Origin: Raja brachyura | Taxonomy: Eukaryota | Direction: 5' to 3' | DNA: 64,000 nt | Assembly (NCBI GenBank): GCA_963514005.1 | Contig: OY740795.1 | Location: 50,654,001 to 50,718,000 of the forward strand | Part shown: piece after piece, positions 1-11,614 of the stretch | Layout of the letters: every line of letters starts with the position of its first letter | How positions within the stretch are numbered: the first letter of the stretch is position 1 | Notes under the pieces: model-generated | What the model was told of the DNA's origin: nothing | Database searches by the model: none | Seen by the model: the letters and a program-made list of their open reading frames with translations, nothing else | Position numbers and translations under genes: made by a program

Positions 1-410
1 AGAGAATTCCACAGATTCACAACTCTCTGAGTGAAAACGTTTTTCTCATGTCCGTTCTAAATGGCCTACCCCTTATTCTTAAACTGTGGCCCCTGGTTCT
101 GGACTCCCCCAACATTGAGAGCATTTCCTCCCTCTATCTAGCGTTTCCAATCCGTTAATGAGCTTATATGTTTCAATAAGATCCCCTCTCATCCTTCAAA
201 ATTCCAGTGTATACAAGCCCAGTCGCTCTATTTTTTCAACATATGACAGTCCCGCCATCTCGGGAATTAACCTCATGAACCTGCAATGCACTCCCTCAAT
301 AGCAAGAACGTCCTTTCTCAAATTTGGAGACCAAAACTGCACACAATACTCCAGGTGTGGTCTTACCTTGGCCCTGTACAATTGCAGAAGGACCTGTTTG
401 TTCCTATTCT
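1..410 (-). mobile_element. CR1 LINE 3' fragment (ORF2 C-terminus)
   Basis: ORF 196..381(-) reads VRPHLEYCVQFWSP...RLGLYTLEF, the typical CR1 ORF2 C-terminal block; runs off the window start. Confidence 0.85.
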
Positions 411-501
411 CAATAATATAGAGGCTGAGGCCATTTAGCCTAAATAGGGGAAAGTGTTTTCAATAATAGTACTAATAATAGTACTAATTATTTCCCAACA
501 A

Positions 502-1195
502 CTAGTGGGACCCGTGGGGGTTCCATGTTCACACGGGAGGGCTAGTCCCCCAATGCAATATTCCACCTCTCCACCAATTCCAATATTGGTCGCCAGTGGC
601 GGGGGGGGGGGGGGGGGGGGGGATTTCTGGAGCACAAGTGTGGGTGTTATGGGCCAAAGGGACTGTTTTCCGGAGGAAAATGGACATTGTGGGCCAAATG
701 GATTCTCGGGCTGGCAGCTCAGTCACTCAGGCCTGGTGGACTGGCAGCACAGTCACTCAGGACTGGTGGGCTGACAGCTCAGTCACTCAGGGCTGGCGGG
801 CTGGCAGTTCACTCAAGGCTATTCGTTGAAATTCCATTTTAAGCAGAGTGCAGGCCACCAAATTCAATTTCATAGCATTTCAAGCAGAGTGCAGGCCACC
901 GCATTCAGTTTCATGGCATTTCAAGTAGAGTGCAGGCCACCGCATTCAGTTTCATAGCATTTCAAGCAGAGTGCAGGCCACTGCATTCAGTTTCATAGCA
1001 TGTCAAGCAGAATGCAGGCCACCACATTCAGTTTCATAGCATTTCAAGCAGAGTGCAGGCCACTGCATTCAGTTTCATAGCATTTCAAGCAGAGTGCAGG
1101 CCACCGCATTCAGTTTCATTGCATTCCAAGCAGAGTGCAGACCACCGCATTCAGTTTCATAGTATTTCAAGCTTTGCCAAAACACACTTTTACAC
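502..1195 (-). mobile_element. Non-autonomous Helitron, 3' portion (same family as 32211-33699)
   Basis: Reverse complement matches the 3' part of 32211-33699 (CAATATTCCACCTCTCCACCAATTCCAATATTGG shared); CTAG terminus at 502-505 next to the GGGAC hairpin remnant. Confidence 0.75.
835..1172. repeat. 41-bp minisatellite (~8 units) inside Helitron
   Basis: Unit CATTTCAAGCAGAGTGCAGGCCACCGCATTCAGTTTCATAG, period 41 (starts at 876, 917...). A ~30-bp repeat (GGCTGGCAGCTCAGTCACTCAG...) precedes it at ~707-815. Confidence 0.9.
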
Positions 1196-1199
1196 TTCG

Positions 1200-2830
1200 T
1201 GCACCTGTAGAATCTGTTGGAATTTCCTTTACTTTACCATGCATGCCAGCTCCATTTCATGTCCTCTATTTGCCTCCCTGATATTCTTCTTAAGAGTAAT
1301 CCTTAACTTTTTAAGTTACATTTCCTCATTCTGACTGACTAAATCTGATGTATGCCACTATTTTCTGACCAATGTCTAAACATCTCTTGTCAACTTGGCT
1401 TCTCTAAATTTGTCATCTTTGCCCTTAATTAGAACAGGAATATGTTGCCTCTGCACTCTTACTAGCTCACTTTTGAAAGCCTCCTATTTACCAGCAATCC
1501 ACGTTGCTACAAAGAAGCTCTCCGAATTGACCTTTGCAAGTTCCTGCCTAATACCTGCAAAATAGGCCTTGTCCCAAATCTGGACCTTAACTTGTAGGCC
1601 AGTCCTATCCTTCTCTGTAACTACATTAAAACAATTAGAATTATGGTCACTGATCCCATGTGTTAATGACTCCCTTTTTAACACATCAGTCATTTGTCTT
1701 GAGGGGCTGTCCCAATTGAGTGACCTAATTGGCGAGTTTAGAAGAGTTTAGGAGAGTTTGAAAAAATGTTATGTTGAAGACCTCCTTTGAATATGTAGAA
1801 GATCTCATTCGACTTCCTTTGACTAAGTTGAAGACCAGCTTCGACTAGCCACAACTAGCTATGATTAACTTCGGGAAAATTGGACACCGAATAGTGGAGA
1901 GTGAAGACTTTGATCTCCTTCGACCTCTCCCTCGACTATGATGAAGAATATCTATGACTACCTTCAACTACCTTCGACTATCCTTGATTACCTACGACTA
2001 ACATGCCGACCTACTACGACCTACTATGACTAAGCCTACGAGTAAAAAAAGTATCGATTTTTTTCATGGCGACCTTTCTTTACTCGCGGGCATTTTTCAA
2101 CTTATTGAAAAATAAGTCACGACCTAGCTGAGGCCTCGAGTACATAGGGACTACTCTCGAGCATGAAGGAGCATTACAAAGACCTCCTAGGACCTCGTGT
2201 CGACCATGCTGCGAGTAGGAGTCGAGGGCAAACTCGGCAGAACTCACGGATTAGGTCGCCCTAGTGGGACATCCCCTTCATTCCCTAAGAGGAGATGAAG
2301 CTTATTATCTCTAGTATGTCCCCCAACATATTGATTAAGGAAATTTTCTTGGGAAACATTTAACAAATTCCACCCCATACAAGTCCTAAACACCAAAGGA
2401 GACTCAGTCAATATGAGTGAAATTATAAACTCCCAGTAACACCGCCCTATTATTATTACAGCTAATGTAATCTCCCTACCATCTGTGTGAGAAGAAACTG
2501 CAGATGTTGGTTTAAACGTTGGGATAGTCCTTGCCTCAACAACCTCCTCTGGCAGCTTGTTCCATACCCTCACCACCTTTTGTGTGAAAACGTTATCCTT
2601 CAGAATTCTATTAAAACATTTCCCCTTCACCTTAAACCTATGTCCTTTAGTCCTTGATTCCCCTACTCTGTGCAACTGTCTCTGTACATCTACCTGATCT
2701 ATTCCTCTCATGGTTTTATCACAAAATCTGAACACATGGCCCCTGCACCACCTCTTCAGCCATATATTCATCTGGCCTGTCGTTCAACTCCAGCCCTCAC
2801 TAGCATGTGGCACTGGGACTAAAGCCGAGA
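1200..2830 (-). mobile_element. Old degraded CR1 (ORF1/endonuclease remnants) interrupted by a MITE and a younger CR1 3' fragment (~2517-2715)
   Basis: Translations SDHNSNCF..., FLNQYV...LLLGNEG, NIWLKRWCRGH, and VGESRTKGHRFKVKG...FTQKVVRVWNKLPEEVVEA. Confidence 0.7.
1702..2277. mobile_element. Harbinger/PIF-type MITE, interior type A
   Basis: TIRs AGGGGCTGTCCC...GTGGGACATCCCCT; CGAC/CTACGAC-rich interior related (inverted) to 27599-29672. Confidence 0.75.
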
Positions 2831-3119
2831 TTACCACCCCTGAGGTACTGACGAATGAAAACCTTTAAATATAATCATAAAGGGCACACAATGGAATTCT
2901 CCTTCGATATTGTTGTAAATTAGGCTTACTTTAACATTTGATCATCACACATCTATCCACAGGGCACCTGGCCGCATCATGCATACACCATGTTCTGATT
3001 TATCATGCATTTGGCGATGATATGTCCCTGTCACAGACTTGATCCTTCACTCTGACTTGTTAAAAACAATAAATGCTCTTTTCCCCACCACAGAGTAAGT
3101 GAATTGAGGAGCAGATGAT

Positions 3120-3980
3120 ATAGGCTTAAGTTGAAGAGAAAAAGATTTAATAGGAATTTGAGGGGTAACTTTTTCACCCAAAGGGTGTATGGAACAAGCT
3201 GCCAGAGGAGGTAGTTGAGGCTGGGACTATCCCAATGTCTAGGAAACAGTTAAGGGCCTGTCCCACTTAGGGCACTTTTTAGGCGACTGCAGGAGACTAT
3301 GCAGTCGCCACATGGTCGCCACATGCTCGCGGGTGGTTGCCGGGGAGTCGCCTTCGTGGTCGTGAGGAGCTCCTGCATTCAGGGAACCAGTCGCGGCCTC
3401 ATTATGGTCGCCGTGAATTTTACAACATGTTTAAAAATTAGCAGTGACTAGAATGAAGCCGCCATGGAGAGTAGCGGGAATTCTCGAGCCGTAGGTGGGT
3501 CGCCAGAAGGGCGAAGGTTCTCGGAGGTTCTCTTAGGTTGTAGCCAGTGCTGACCAATGAATTTCATTGGTGCATTGGGAAAAAAAAAGGCAAGTAGTAG
3601 TAATGTTAAATGTCTGCCGAGCTTCACCGCTGTGTATCTGTGGCTTCTTAAAAGTTGTCTCCAGTCCTTCTCCCCCCTTCTCCCCCCTAGCCCCCTCTCT
3701 CCCCCCGCCTCTTTTAAAGAACTTATCGTACACTGTGCTTTAGCCAACTTTTGACAGCGCCAGCCTTCCTGTCCATCGTTTTTTGACAATTTGACAGTCG
3801 CCGGCAATTTGACAGTCGCTGGCAGCTTGCTGAAAAATCACCTAAGTGGGACAGGCCCATTAGACATGCACATGGAAAGGACAGATTTGGAGAGATATGG
3901 GCCAAATGCGGGGAGATGGGACTAGTGTAGCTGGGACATGTTGCGCAAGTTGGGACTGTTTCCATGCTATGATTCTATGA
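3120..3980 (+). mobile_element. CR1 3' end split by a MITE
   Basis: ...GGAACAAGCTGCCAGAGGAGGTAGTTGAGGC...AAACAG-TTA|MITE|TTA-GACATGCACATGG...; tail CTATGATTCTATGA. Confidence 0.8.
3253..3859. mobile_element. Harbinger/PIF-type MITE, interior type B
   Basis: TIRs AGGGCCTGTCCCACTTAGG / CCTAAGTGGGACAGGCCCA; TTA TSD at 3250-3252 and 3860-3862; host CR1 rejoins across it. Confidence 0.9.
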
Positions 3981-4039
3981 TACAGATTTCACTCTAATTG
4001 AAAAAGATAAAATGTTACTCAGTTGCCAGACACCCCATT

Positions 4040-4370
4040 ACACGAGGAAGTAGAGGCTTTGGAGACGTATGTCAGAATGCTGCCCGGGTAAGAGGGCATT
4101 AGCTATAAGGAGAGGTTGCAGAAACTTGGATTGTTTCTGTGGTGTGTCAAAGGTTGAGGGGACACCTGACGGACGTATATAAAATGATGAGAGGCATAAA
4201 TAAGGTTGCCGATCAGAACCATTTTCCCAGGGTGATAATGTCAAAGACTAGAGGTTTAGGGGAATGGTTTCAAAGAGATGTGCTGGGCAAATGTTTTACA
4301 CAGAACGTGGTGGGTGACCAACATGCGCTGCCAGAGATGATAGTGGAGGCAGAAACAATAGACGTTTAAA
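4040..4370 (+). mobile_element. Degraded CR1 3' fragment
   Basis: ORF 4139..4369 RLRGHLTDVYKMMRGI...FTQNVVG...LPEMIVEA. Confidence 0.7.
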
Positions 4371-4634
4371 ATTATCAACTAAAAATCACATAGTAATAAC
4401 TTGTTGTAAACAACCTTATTTGATGTAGTTCATGATCCTGATTTGATCCTGTTTATTTGATTGCAAAACCTTATTCTGAAAGATTATTGCAAAGTTAATG
4501 AAAATGAATGCTGCTTGCTGCAAACAGTCGAGTTTAGTGCACTGTCTAAAGCAGAATAGTTATGTTTAATTCAACAGCCATTGACTTGTAGATATACAGG
4601 GAATGGAGGAATATGGATCATGTGCAGGCAGAAG

Positions 4635-5265
4635 TGCCCTCCCTGGGCACTTTCCCTTGCAACCGCAAGAGATGCTACACTTGTCGCTTCACCTCCCCCC
4701 TTGACTCCATTCAAGGACCCGAGCAGTCGTTCCAGGTGCGGCAGAGGTTCACCTGCAACTCCTCCAACCTCATCTATTGCATCCGCTGCTCTAGATGTCA
4801 GCTGATATACATCGGTGAGACCTAGCGTGGGCTTGCCGATCGTTTCGCCGAACACCTCCGCTCGGTCCGCATTAGCCAACCTGATCTCCCGGTGGCTCAG
4901 CACTTAAACTCCCCCTCCCATTCGGAATCCGAACTTTCTGTCCTGGGCCTCCTCCATGACCAGAGTGAGCACCACCGGAAATTGGCGGAACAGCACCTCA
5001 TATTCCGCTTGGGCAGTCTGCACCCTAGCGGCATAAACATTGACTTCTCCAATTTCCAGTAGCCCTTGCTGTCTCCTCCCCTTCCCAGCTCTCCCTCAGT
5101 CGGGCTCCTCCTCTTACTTTCTCCTTTCTTCTCCCCCCCCCCCCCCCCCCCCCGCCCCCACCCTACATCAGTCTGAAGAATGGTTTTGGCCCGAAACGTT
5201 GCCTATTTCCTTAGCTCCATAGATGCTGCTGCACCCGCTGAGTTTCTCCAGCACTTTTGTCTACC
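4635..5265 (+). mobile_element. 5'-truncated Penelope-like element (GIY-YIG remnant plus pLTR)
   Basis: Encodes GTFPCNRKRCYTC...NLIYCIRCSRCQLIYIGET (stop follows); 12-bp TSD TGCAGGCAGAAG at 4623-4634 and 5266-5277, inside a CR1 3' tail. Confidence 0.9.
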
Positions 5266-5832
5266 TGCAGGCAGAAGGGATTAGTTTAACTTGACCTCAT
5301 GTTCAACACAGACATTGTGGGCCAAAGGGCCTGATTGCCTGCTGTATATTTTTTATGTTTTATGTTCTAAATATAATGATTAACTGCAAAAGATAGAATC
5401 CAAAATATTAAATGCATTAGTGTTATTCAAAGTTTTCTTAACATGGTAGCTTTTTCAACCGAAGGAAGAAAAATCTAACTAAAAACTGACATAGGGAATT
5501 AAGGCTGAAGCTTTCACCTGCCTGTGTATCTCTTTGATTTTGAGGTAAATTATGGAATAGCGATGAGAATGGCATGTCTACATCACTGCTGTCATTATGA
5601 TGCTCCTCCGAGATATTTTTTAAGTAGAAGGGAATAAAAATGTAAAAATAGAAGCTGTGGGAAAACTGAACAGTAAGGAATTGAATTAATTTTCCTGTAC
5701 TTGCATTAGCTTAAATGCAGTTGGCCTAGAAATTCGATTTCTGAACACGTTTTATGCTAAATGCGGTTGGGTACTCAGTATGCCAAGAGTTTGCCTTTGA
5801 TCCCTGAGTATTTGGGTCACATGCATATAGTA

Positions 5833-6135
5833 GCAAGGTGGTGCAGGTAGTTGAGCTGCTTCCCATTAGAGACCCAGGTTCAATCCTGACCTTGGGTGTT
5901 GCCTGTGTGGAGCCTGTATATTCTCCCTGTGACTGCATGGGCATCTGGTTTCCTTCCACATCCCATTGGTAGGTTAATTGGCCCATGTAAATTGTCGCTC
6001 GTGTATAGCGGAGCGATGGAATCTGGGTGCAGTTGATGGGAATGTGAAGACAATCAATATAATAAAATTAATATTGAATTATTGCACAATGGGTGACTGA
6101 TGGTCAGTGTAGTCTGTTTCCATGCCGTATATTTT
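5833..6135 (+). mobile_element. tRNA-derived V-SINE (HE1-like)
   Basis: A box-like GGTGGTGCAGG, B box GGTTCAATCC, V-domain-like GTGGAG...TTCTCCCTGTGACTGCATGG...TTTCCTTCCACA, CR1-type tail. Confidence 0.75.
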
Positions 6136-6138
6136 AGC

Positions 6139-6437
6139 TAAGAGATACAGCGCAGAAACAGGCCCTTTGGCCCACGGAGTCCGCGCCAACCAGCGATCCC
6201 TGCACATTAACTCTATCTTACACACACTAGGTACAATTTACATTTATGCCATGCCAATCAACCTACAAACCTGTACGTCTTTGTAGTGTGGGAGGAAATT
6301 GAAGCTCTCGGAGAAAACCCATGCAGGTCACGGGGAGAACGTACAAACTCCGTACGGAAAGGACCCACAGTCAGGATCGAACCCAGGTCTCTGGCGCTGT
6401 GAGGCAGCAGCTTTACCGCTGTGCCATCGTGCCTCCC
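6139..6437 (-). mobile_element. tRNA-derived V-SINE (HE1-like), tail-to-tail with the preceding copy
   Basis: Reverse strand GGCACGATGGCACAGCGGTAAAGC...GGTTCGATCC...GGAGTTTGTACGTTCTCCCCGTGACCTGCATGGG. Confidence 0.85.
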
Positions 6438-6523
6438 TCAGTTACTAATCCTGTGACATTGAGGTCTTCAGGAATGGCTGTGATGTAGAACAATATGGAA
6501 TACATATTTTGGCACACTTAATC

Positions 6524-7555
6524 TAGGTATGTTACAAGACGTATCTTTACCGGCGCTGCACTTCTGCCGCTCCCCGTGTGCGTGACTTTCGCGCCTTGCA
6601 GAGGGGGGCGGGCTTAAAGTGCCGTTTTTCAACAGGCAGGACAAATCGATCAATGTCGGGCGATTTGGTTGCTGAAGAAAAATCGCTCCGACATTTCATG
6701 AATGGTGGTATTTTTAAATTACTCTACATTATTTATTGACTAGAGTAATTTAAAAATCACCTTCAAAAGCCGTGAGCGCAGACAACCGGAAGCATTTTCC
6801 GTAGGGGAGAAAAAAAGGTAAATACTTTATTTTTATATTAAAAGTTGGTTTTTCGGGAGGCATTAATAATATTTTTATGTTGCGAAATGGGGTCCCCAAA
6901 AAATGTATGAACCCCCAGTATTTTTCCCCCCGACTTCACCGCTAACCGCAACGTTCCAATCCACCGCATTCCACTAAAACCCACTCGCTAGTTGATTTAA
7001 ATGGCCATTAATTTACAGGCATAAAACACTAAATTCCTTCCATTTGGCCCAGAAATTCATGAAAATTAGATTTAAAAATTATGTTATATTGTGGATTATT
7101 GTGTGAATGTTATTTGGACACTTAGGCAATTTAAAAAAAGTTTATCTTTTAAGAAATTGATAGATGTTTAGATCTACTCATTGAATTTTGTAATTAGCTA
7201 CAATTAGATAACTAACTAATTATATGCTTTAATTTCAGGTAATCCAAGTAAGATTGTTTAATATTTGTTTCAGAATGCTTCAATCTATAATAACTGAAAA
7301 TTTCATTGAGTTCTCTTAATTTTTAAGAATGTTATGGACTTTTAACTGTTCCAGATCACAGCTTTTGAGTTAAGTCAATTGAAAGGCAATGGGAAGCAAG
7401 ATGCTCATTTCCGAGTATGAAAATGGCCATAACTTTCTTAATACTGAAGATATGAAAGTAAATTAGGTGTCAAATTAAACTTCTTTTTATGCTTTATCTG
7501 ATGGGATAAATTGCAGACTTGATTTTTAAAATCTCAAAATTTTGTAACATTGCTA
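6524..7555. mobile_element. Non-autonomous DNA transposon (TAG...CTA ends, hAT-like), 7-bp TSD
   Basis: Ends TAGGTATGTTACAA / TTGTAACATTGCTA; CTTAATC at 6517-6523 and 7556-7562; body shared with 19530-20473 and the right part of 36805-38327. Confidence 0.8.
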
Positions 7556-8862
7556 CTTAATCAAATGTGTTCAATATGAATCACTTCAACTGATATTAAG
7601 AAATAGCTGAAAGAGCTGGAGACTTGACAATATCCCAGCTGTAGCACTGAAAATCTGTGGACCAGAACTAAATGTAATTTTAGCCAAACTATTCCATTGT
7701 GATTACAACACTGTGACCTGCCTGATAGTATGGAAAACTGCTTAGTTACGTCTTATCTCAATAAGTGGGATAAATCCAATCCAACTAATGCCACCCAATA
7801 AGTCTAGGCTCAATTATCAGCAATGGAATAGAAGGAGTCATTGACAGTAATATTAATGAGCACCCAGTCAATATTAAGCATACTTCCAAGAAGGAAATCA
7901 GAAGGGAAAAAATGAGGAAGGACATAGCTCTGGCAGATAAGATTAAGGAGAATCCAAAGATATTTTATGTACATCATGGGTGAGAGTGACGGAAGAATAG
8001 ACCCTCTCAGAAACCAAAGTGGTTATGTATGTGTTGAGCTATAGGATATTGGCAAGGTCCTAAATGAGTATTTCTCCTCTGTTTTGGCCGTGGACATGAA
8101 GACTGGGGGATTTTGGACAGATAATGCAGATGTCTTTAGGACAGTTCATGTTGTGGTCAAGGAAGTACAAGATGTACTAAGGCGTATGAAGTTAGATAAC
8201 TCTCCTGGGCCTGGTCAGATACATCTGAGGACACTGTAGGAAGCAAGATTAAAAATTGCAGGAAACCTGGCAGAGATATATGATTCATCATTAAAGACAG
8301 ATGCCAGATGACCAGAGAGTGGCTACTGTTGTTCCTTTATTTAAGAAGGGAAACAGGGAAAAGCCTGGGAACTATAACTTACCATATGTAGCAGGTAAGT
8401 TACTGGAGATAATGTTGAGAGATAAGATATATATATACAGTTGGATAGACAGGAGGATGATTATGGATAGTCAGCATGGTTTTGTACATGGGAGATCATG
8501 TCTCATGAATTTGCTTGAGTTTTTGAAGAAGTAACCAAGAAGGTTGATGAGACCATGCCCGTAGACTTTGTCTTCTTGGACTTCAGAAAGGTATTTTGTA
8601 AGGTACCACATGGTAGACTGTTCTGGAAGGTTAGACTGCATACTATCCAGGAAGAGATAGCTGACTGGATCTAGAGTTATCTTCATGAAAGGAAGCAGAA
8701 GATGGTGAAGGAAAATTGTTTCTCATTCTGGGGGCTTATGACTTGTGGCTTTCCTCAGGGATCATTGCTGAGCCCACTGCTGTTTATGATTTATATCAAT
8801 GGTTTGGATAAGGATGTACAAGGCATTAATGGTATGGTTTCACATGACACTAAAGTAGGTGG

Positions 8863-9071
8863 TGTAGCAGCCTAGATGAGGTCAGGAAAAGACCAGACGC
8901 TAGGTAGGTTTAAACAGTAGTCATTTAATCCCTACAGTGAGAGCACACCACACCAACTGCCAGCACACACCCAGGGGTGGTCAGGAAACCCCGTGGCAGA
9001 CCAACGCCCCTGTCACTCAATCGGTGAGGGGGATGATCCAAGGAGTGGCCTACCCCCCCGGGTCCGCCACA
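8863..9071 (-). repeat. Gypsy 3' LTR (~209 bp)
   Basis: Minus strand starts TGTGGC and ends GCTACA; preceded by a G7 polypurine tract (CCCCCCC at ~9075-9081 on +); ATTAAA polyA signal near 8925. Confidence 0.8.
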
Positions 9072-9523
9072 GGACCCCCCCAAAGTACCCGAGGCACGAA
9101 ACGGACAGGAAGGCGTACACAGCGACCAGCCCGGGTGTACAACATGCTCGGCACAGAAACGGGCGACTGACCAACAGGTGCAGGAGACGGAGTAGCCAGA
9201 GGGGGAGGTACCCTAGATAGAGGGCGCCCTCACTTACCGGGCCGCGCTACCAGCACCGGCCGATCAATATCAATATGTGCTGGCTTCAGCCGCGCAACTG
9301 AAACATTCTCATGCCGACCCCCCATGTCCAGGACGAAAGTGGACGAGCCATGTTCCAGGACCCGGAAGGGACCCTCTTACGGCCGCTGGAGAGGTGTCCG
9401 ATGAGCATCCCTACGCAGGAAGACGAACTGGCAGTCCTCTAGTGCAGAGAGAACGTGCGGACGGAAGGACCCATGACGAGACGTGGGCACCAGCACCAGC
9501 TTGCCCACCATCTCCCGAAGACA

Positions 9524-10767
9524 TCACAGAACGTCCAAAGGCTGCTCCACCTGGCCCTGTGCCGGCGGGATGAACTCCCCGGGGACCGTCAACGGAGAGC
9601 CATACACCAACCCGGCGGAGGAGGAGGACAAGTGTTTGTTCGGTGCAGTGTGGATCCCCAGAAAAACCCACGGCAAGGCGTCCACCCAGTCCGGATCATT
9701 GAGCCGTGCCTTCAGGGCGTCCTTGAGCTGACGGTGAAACCGCTCCACCAGGCCGTTCGCCTGCGGATGATACACCGTCGTGTGGTGTAGCCGAACACCC
9801 AGGAGGCATGCCATGGCCGACCACAGTTCCGAGTTCCAGTCGGATGTTATGTCCAGTGGCACTCCAAACCGGGCGATCCAATGAGCTACCAAGGCCCGAG
9901 CATAAGTGGCCATTGAAGAGTCTGGTAGCGGAATGGCTTCAGGCCACCTCGTGAAGCGGTCGACAACGGTGAGTAGATAGGTCAAGCCCCGGGACGGCGG
10001 CAGCGGCCCCACGATGTCCACGTGAATGTGGTCAAACTGCTGCCAAGGGATGGTGAACTCCTGCAACAGCGCGCGCACGTGTCGTTGCACCTTGGCAGTC
10101 TGGCATGGGGTGCAAGTGCGCGCCCAATGTCCAACCTCCTTCTGCAGCCCGTGCCACATGAAGCGGGAGGCTACCAGGGCCGTTGTCGCCCGGATGGAGG
10201 GATGCGCGAGCCCGTGGAGCACCTCAAACACCCCGCGCCGCCAGGTGATGGGGTCGAAGGGTCGCGGAACTCCAGTGGAGACATCGCACAGCAGCGTTAT
10301 GCCCCCAGGACCGCAGACAACGTCCTGCAACTGCAGGCCAGAAACTGCCGTACGATATCTCTTCGTCGACAAGCTGAGCGGCTGCCAGGGCGGTATAATT
10401 AATCCCCTCAGCGACCTGGAGAACCGCGTGGACTGCAGGTCTCGATAAGGCGTCGGCCACCCCATTGAATTTGCCCTCCACGAAACCGATGGATGTGGTG
10501 TATTTGGACACATTCGCCAAATGCCTCTGCTACCGGGCAGACCACGGGTCTGAAACCTTGGCGAACGCAAAGGTTAGCGGTTTGTGGTCTGTATATGCGG
10601 TAAACAGCCTCCCCTCCAGGAAGTAGCGGAAATGGCGTACGGCGAGATACAGGACCAGGAGCTCGCGGTCGAAAGTGCTGTAACGGCGCTGAGCACCACT
10701 GAAGAAGGCGAGTGGCCGCCACCATCCGTCAACGAGCTGCTCCAACACTGCCCCATCCGCTACCTCA
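9524..10767 (-). pseudogene. Gypsy pol remnant (RNase H-integrase), frameshifted
   Basis: ORFs 10530..10799, 10224..10520 and 9524..10570 carry consecutive pol blocks in different frames. Confidence 0.9.
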
Positions 10768-11614
10768 GTGGTATCATCGAAAGTGAAGATGGTTATCAAA
10801 AATTATAGCATGATCTTGATCAGCTGGGCAGATCAATGTGAAGTGTTGTATTTTGTGAAGTCAAACCATGTCAGGATCTTTACAGTGAATGGTGAGTGTT
10901 GAAGAGCAGAGAGCTCTAAGTACACATCCATTGTTCCTTGAAAGTAGCATTCTAGGCAAACAGAATGATAAAGAAGCCTTATGGTACAATGGCCTTCATT
11001 GGTTAGGGTACTGGGTGCAGAAGTTGGGACGTTACATTACAGGTGTACAAGACATAGGTGGGTCTGCACTTGGAGTGTTGTGTTCAGTTATGGCAGGTGA
11101 AATAAGTGCAGAGAAGATTTAGGAGGATGTTCCTGGAACTCAAATCTATAGGCTGAGGTTGGGCAGGCTGGAACTTTATTCCTTGGAGCGCAGTAGGATA
11201 AGGGGTGATCTTATAGAGGTGTACAAAATCATTAGGAGAATTGATAAGGTGAATCCACAGAGTCAGGGTCGGGGAATTTATAACCAGAGTATATAGGTTT
11301 AAGGTGTGAGGGAAAATATTTAATAGGAACCTTTTTCACTCAGAGGTTGGTGGGTATATAGAACAAGCTGCCAGAGAAAGTGATTGAGGCCGGTATTATA
11401 ATAGCATTTAAAAAATTCTTGTGCAGGTGCATCAATAGGAAAGGTTTAGAGGAATATGGCACAAACACAGGCAAATGGGACTGGCTTAGACAAGGTCATC
11501 TGAGTCGCTTGGACAAGAAGGGTCAAGGGGCCTGTTTCCGTGCTTTATGACTCTATGACTCTTTTCTGCTAAGGTATTCACCAATGCTCATTATAAGCTA
11601 AGACAAACATGGAT

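Larger units (their letters stand above)
8863..10767 (-). mobile_element. Gypsy/Ty3 LTR retrotransposon fragment: RNase H, integrase, PPT and 3' LTR
   Basis: RNaseH GAVLEQ...PLAFFS...YSTFDRELL...YTDHKPL; integrase HGLAHP...CTPCQ, HIHVDIVGPLP, VDRFTRWPEAIP, YHPQANGLVERFH; frameshifted; 4-bp TSD GTGG (8859-8862, 10768-10771). Confidence 0.95.
7870..11560 (+). mobile_element. Old CR1 ORF2 remnant interrupted by a Gypsy element
   Basis: VVPLFKKGNREKPGNY, SQHGFVHGRSCLMNL, HDTKVGG|IIESED across the insertion; tail TATGACTCTATGACT. Confidence 0.85.

Noticed and set aside
601-622. Long G/C homopolymers (also ~5133-5153, 12438-12456, 45980-45999) as G-quadruplex elements
   Set aside because: They lie inside transposon copies at positions where sister copies have shorter or variable runs; slippage or sequencing length error suffices.
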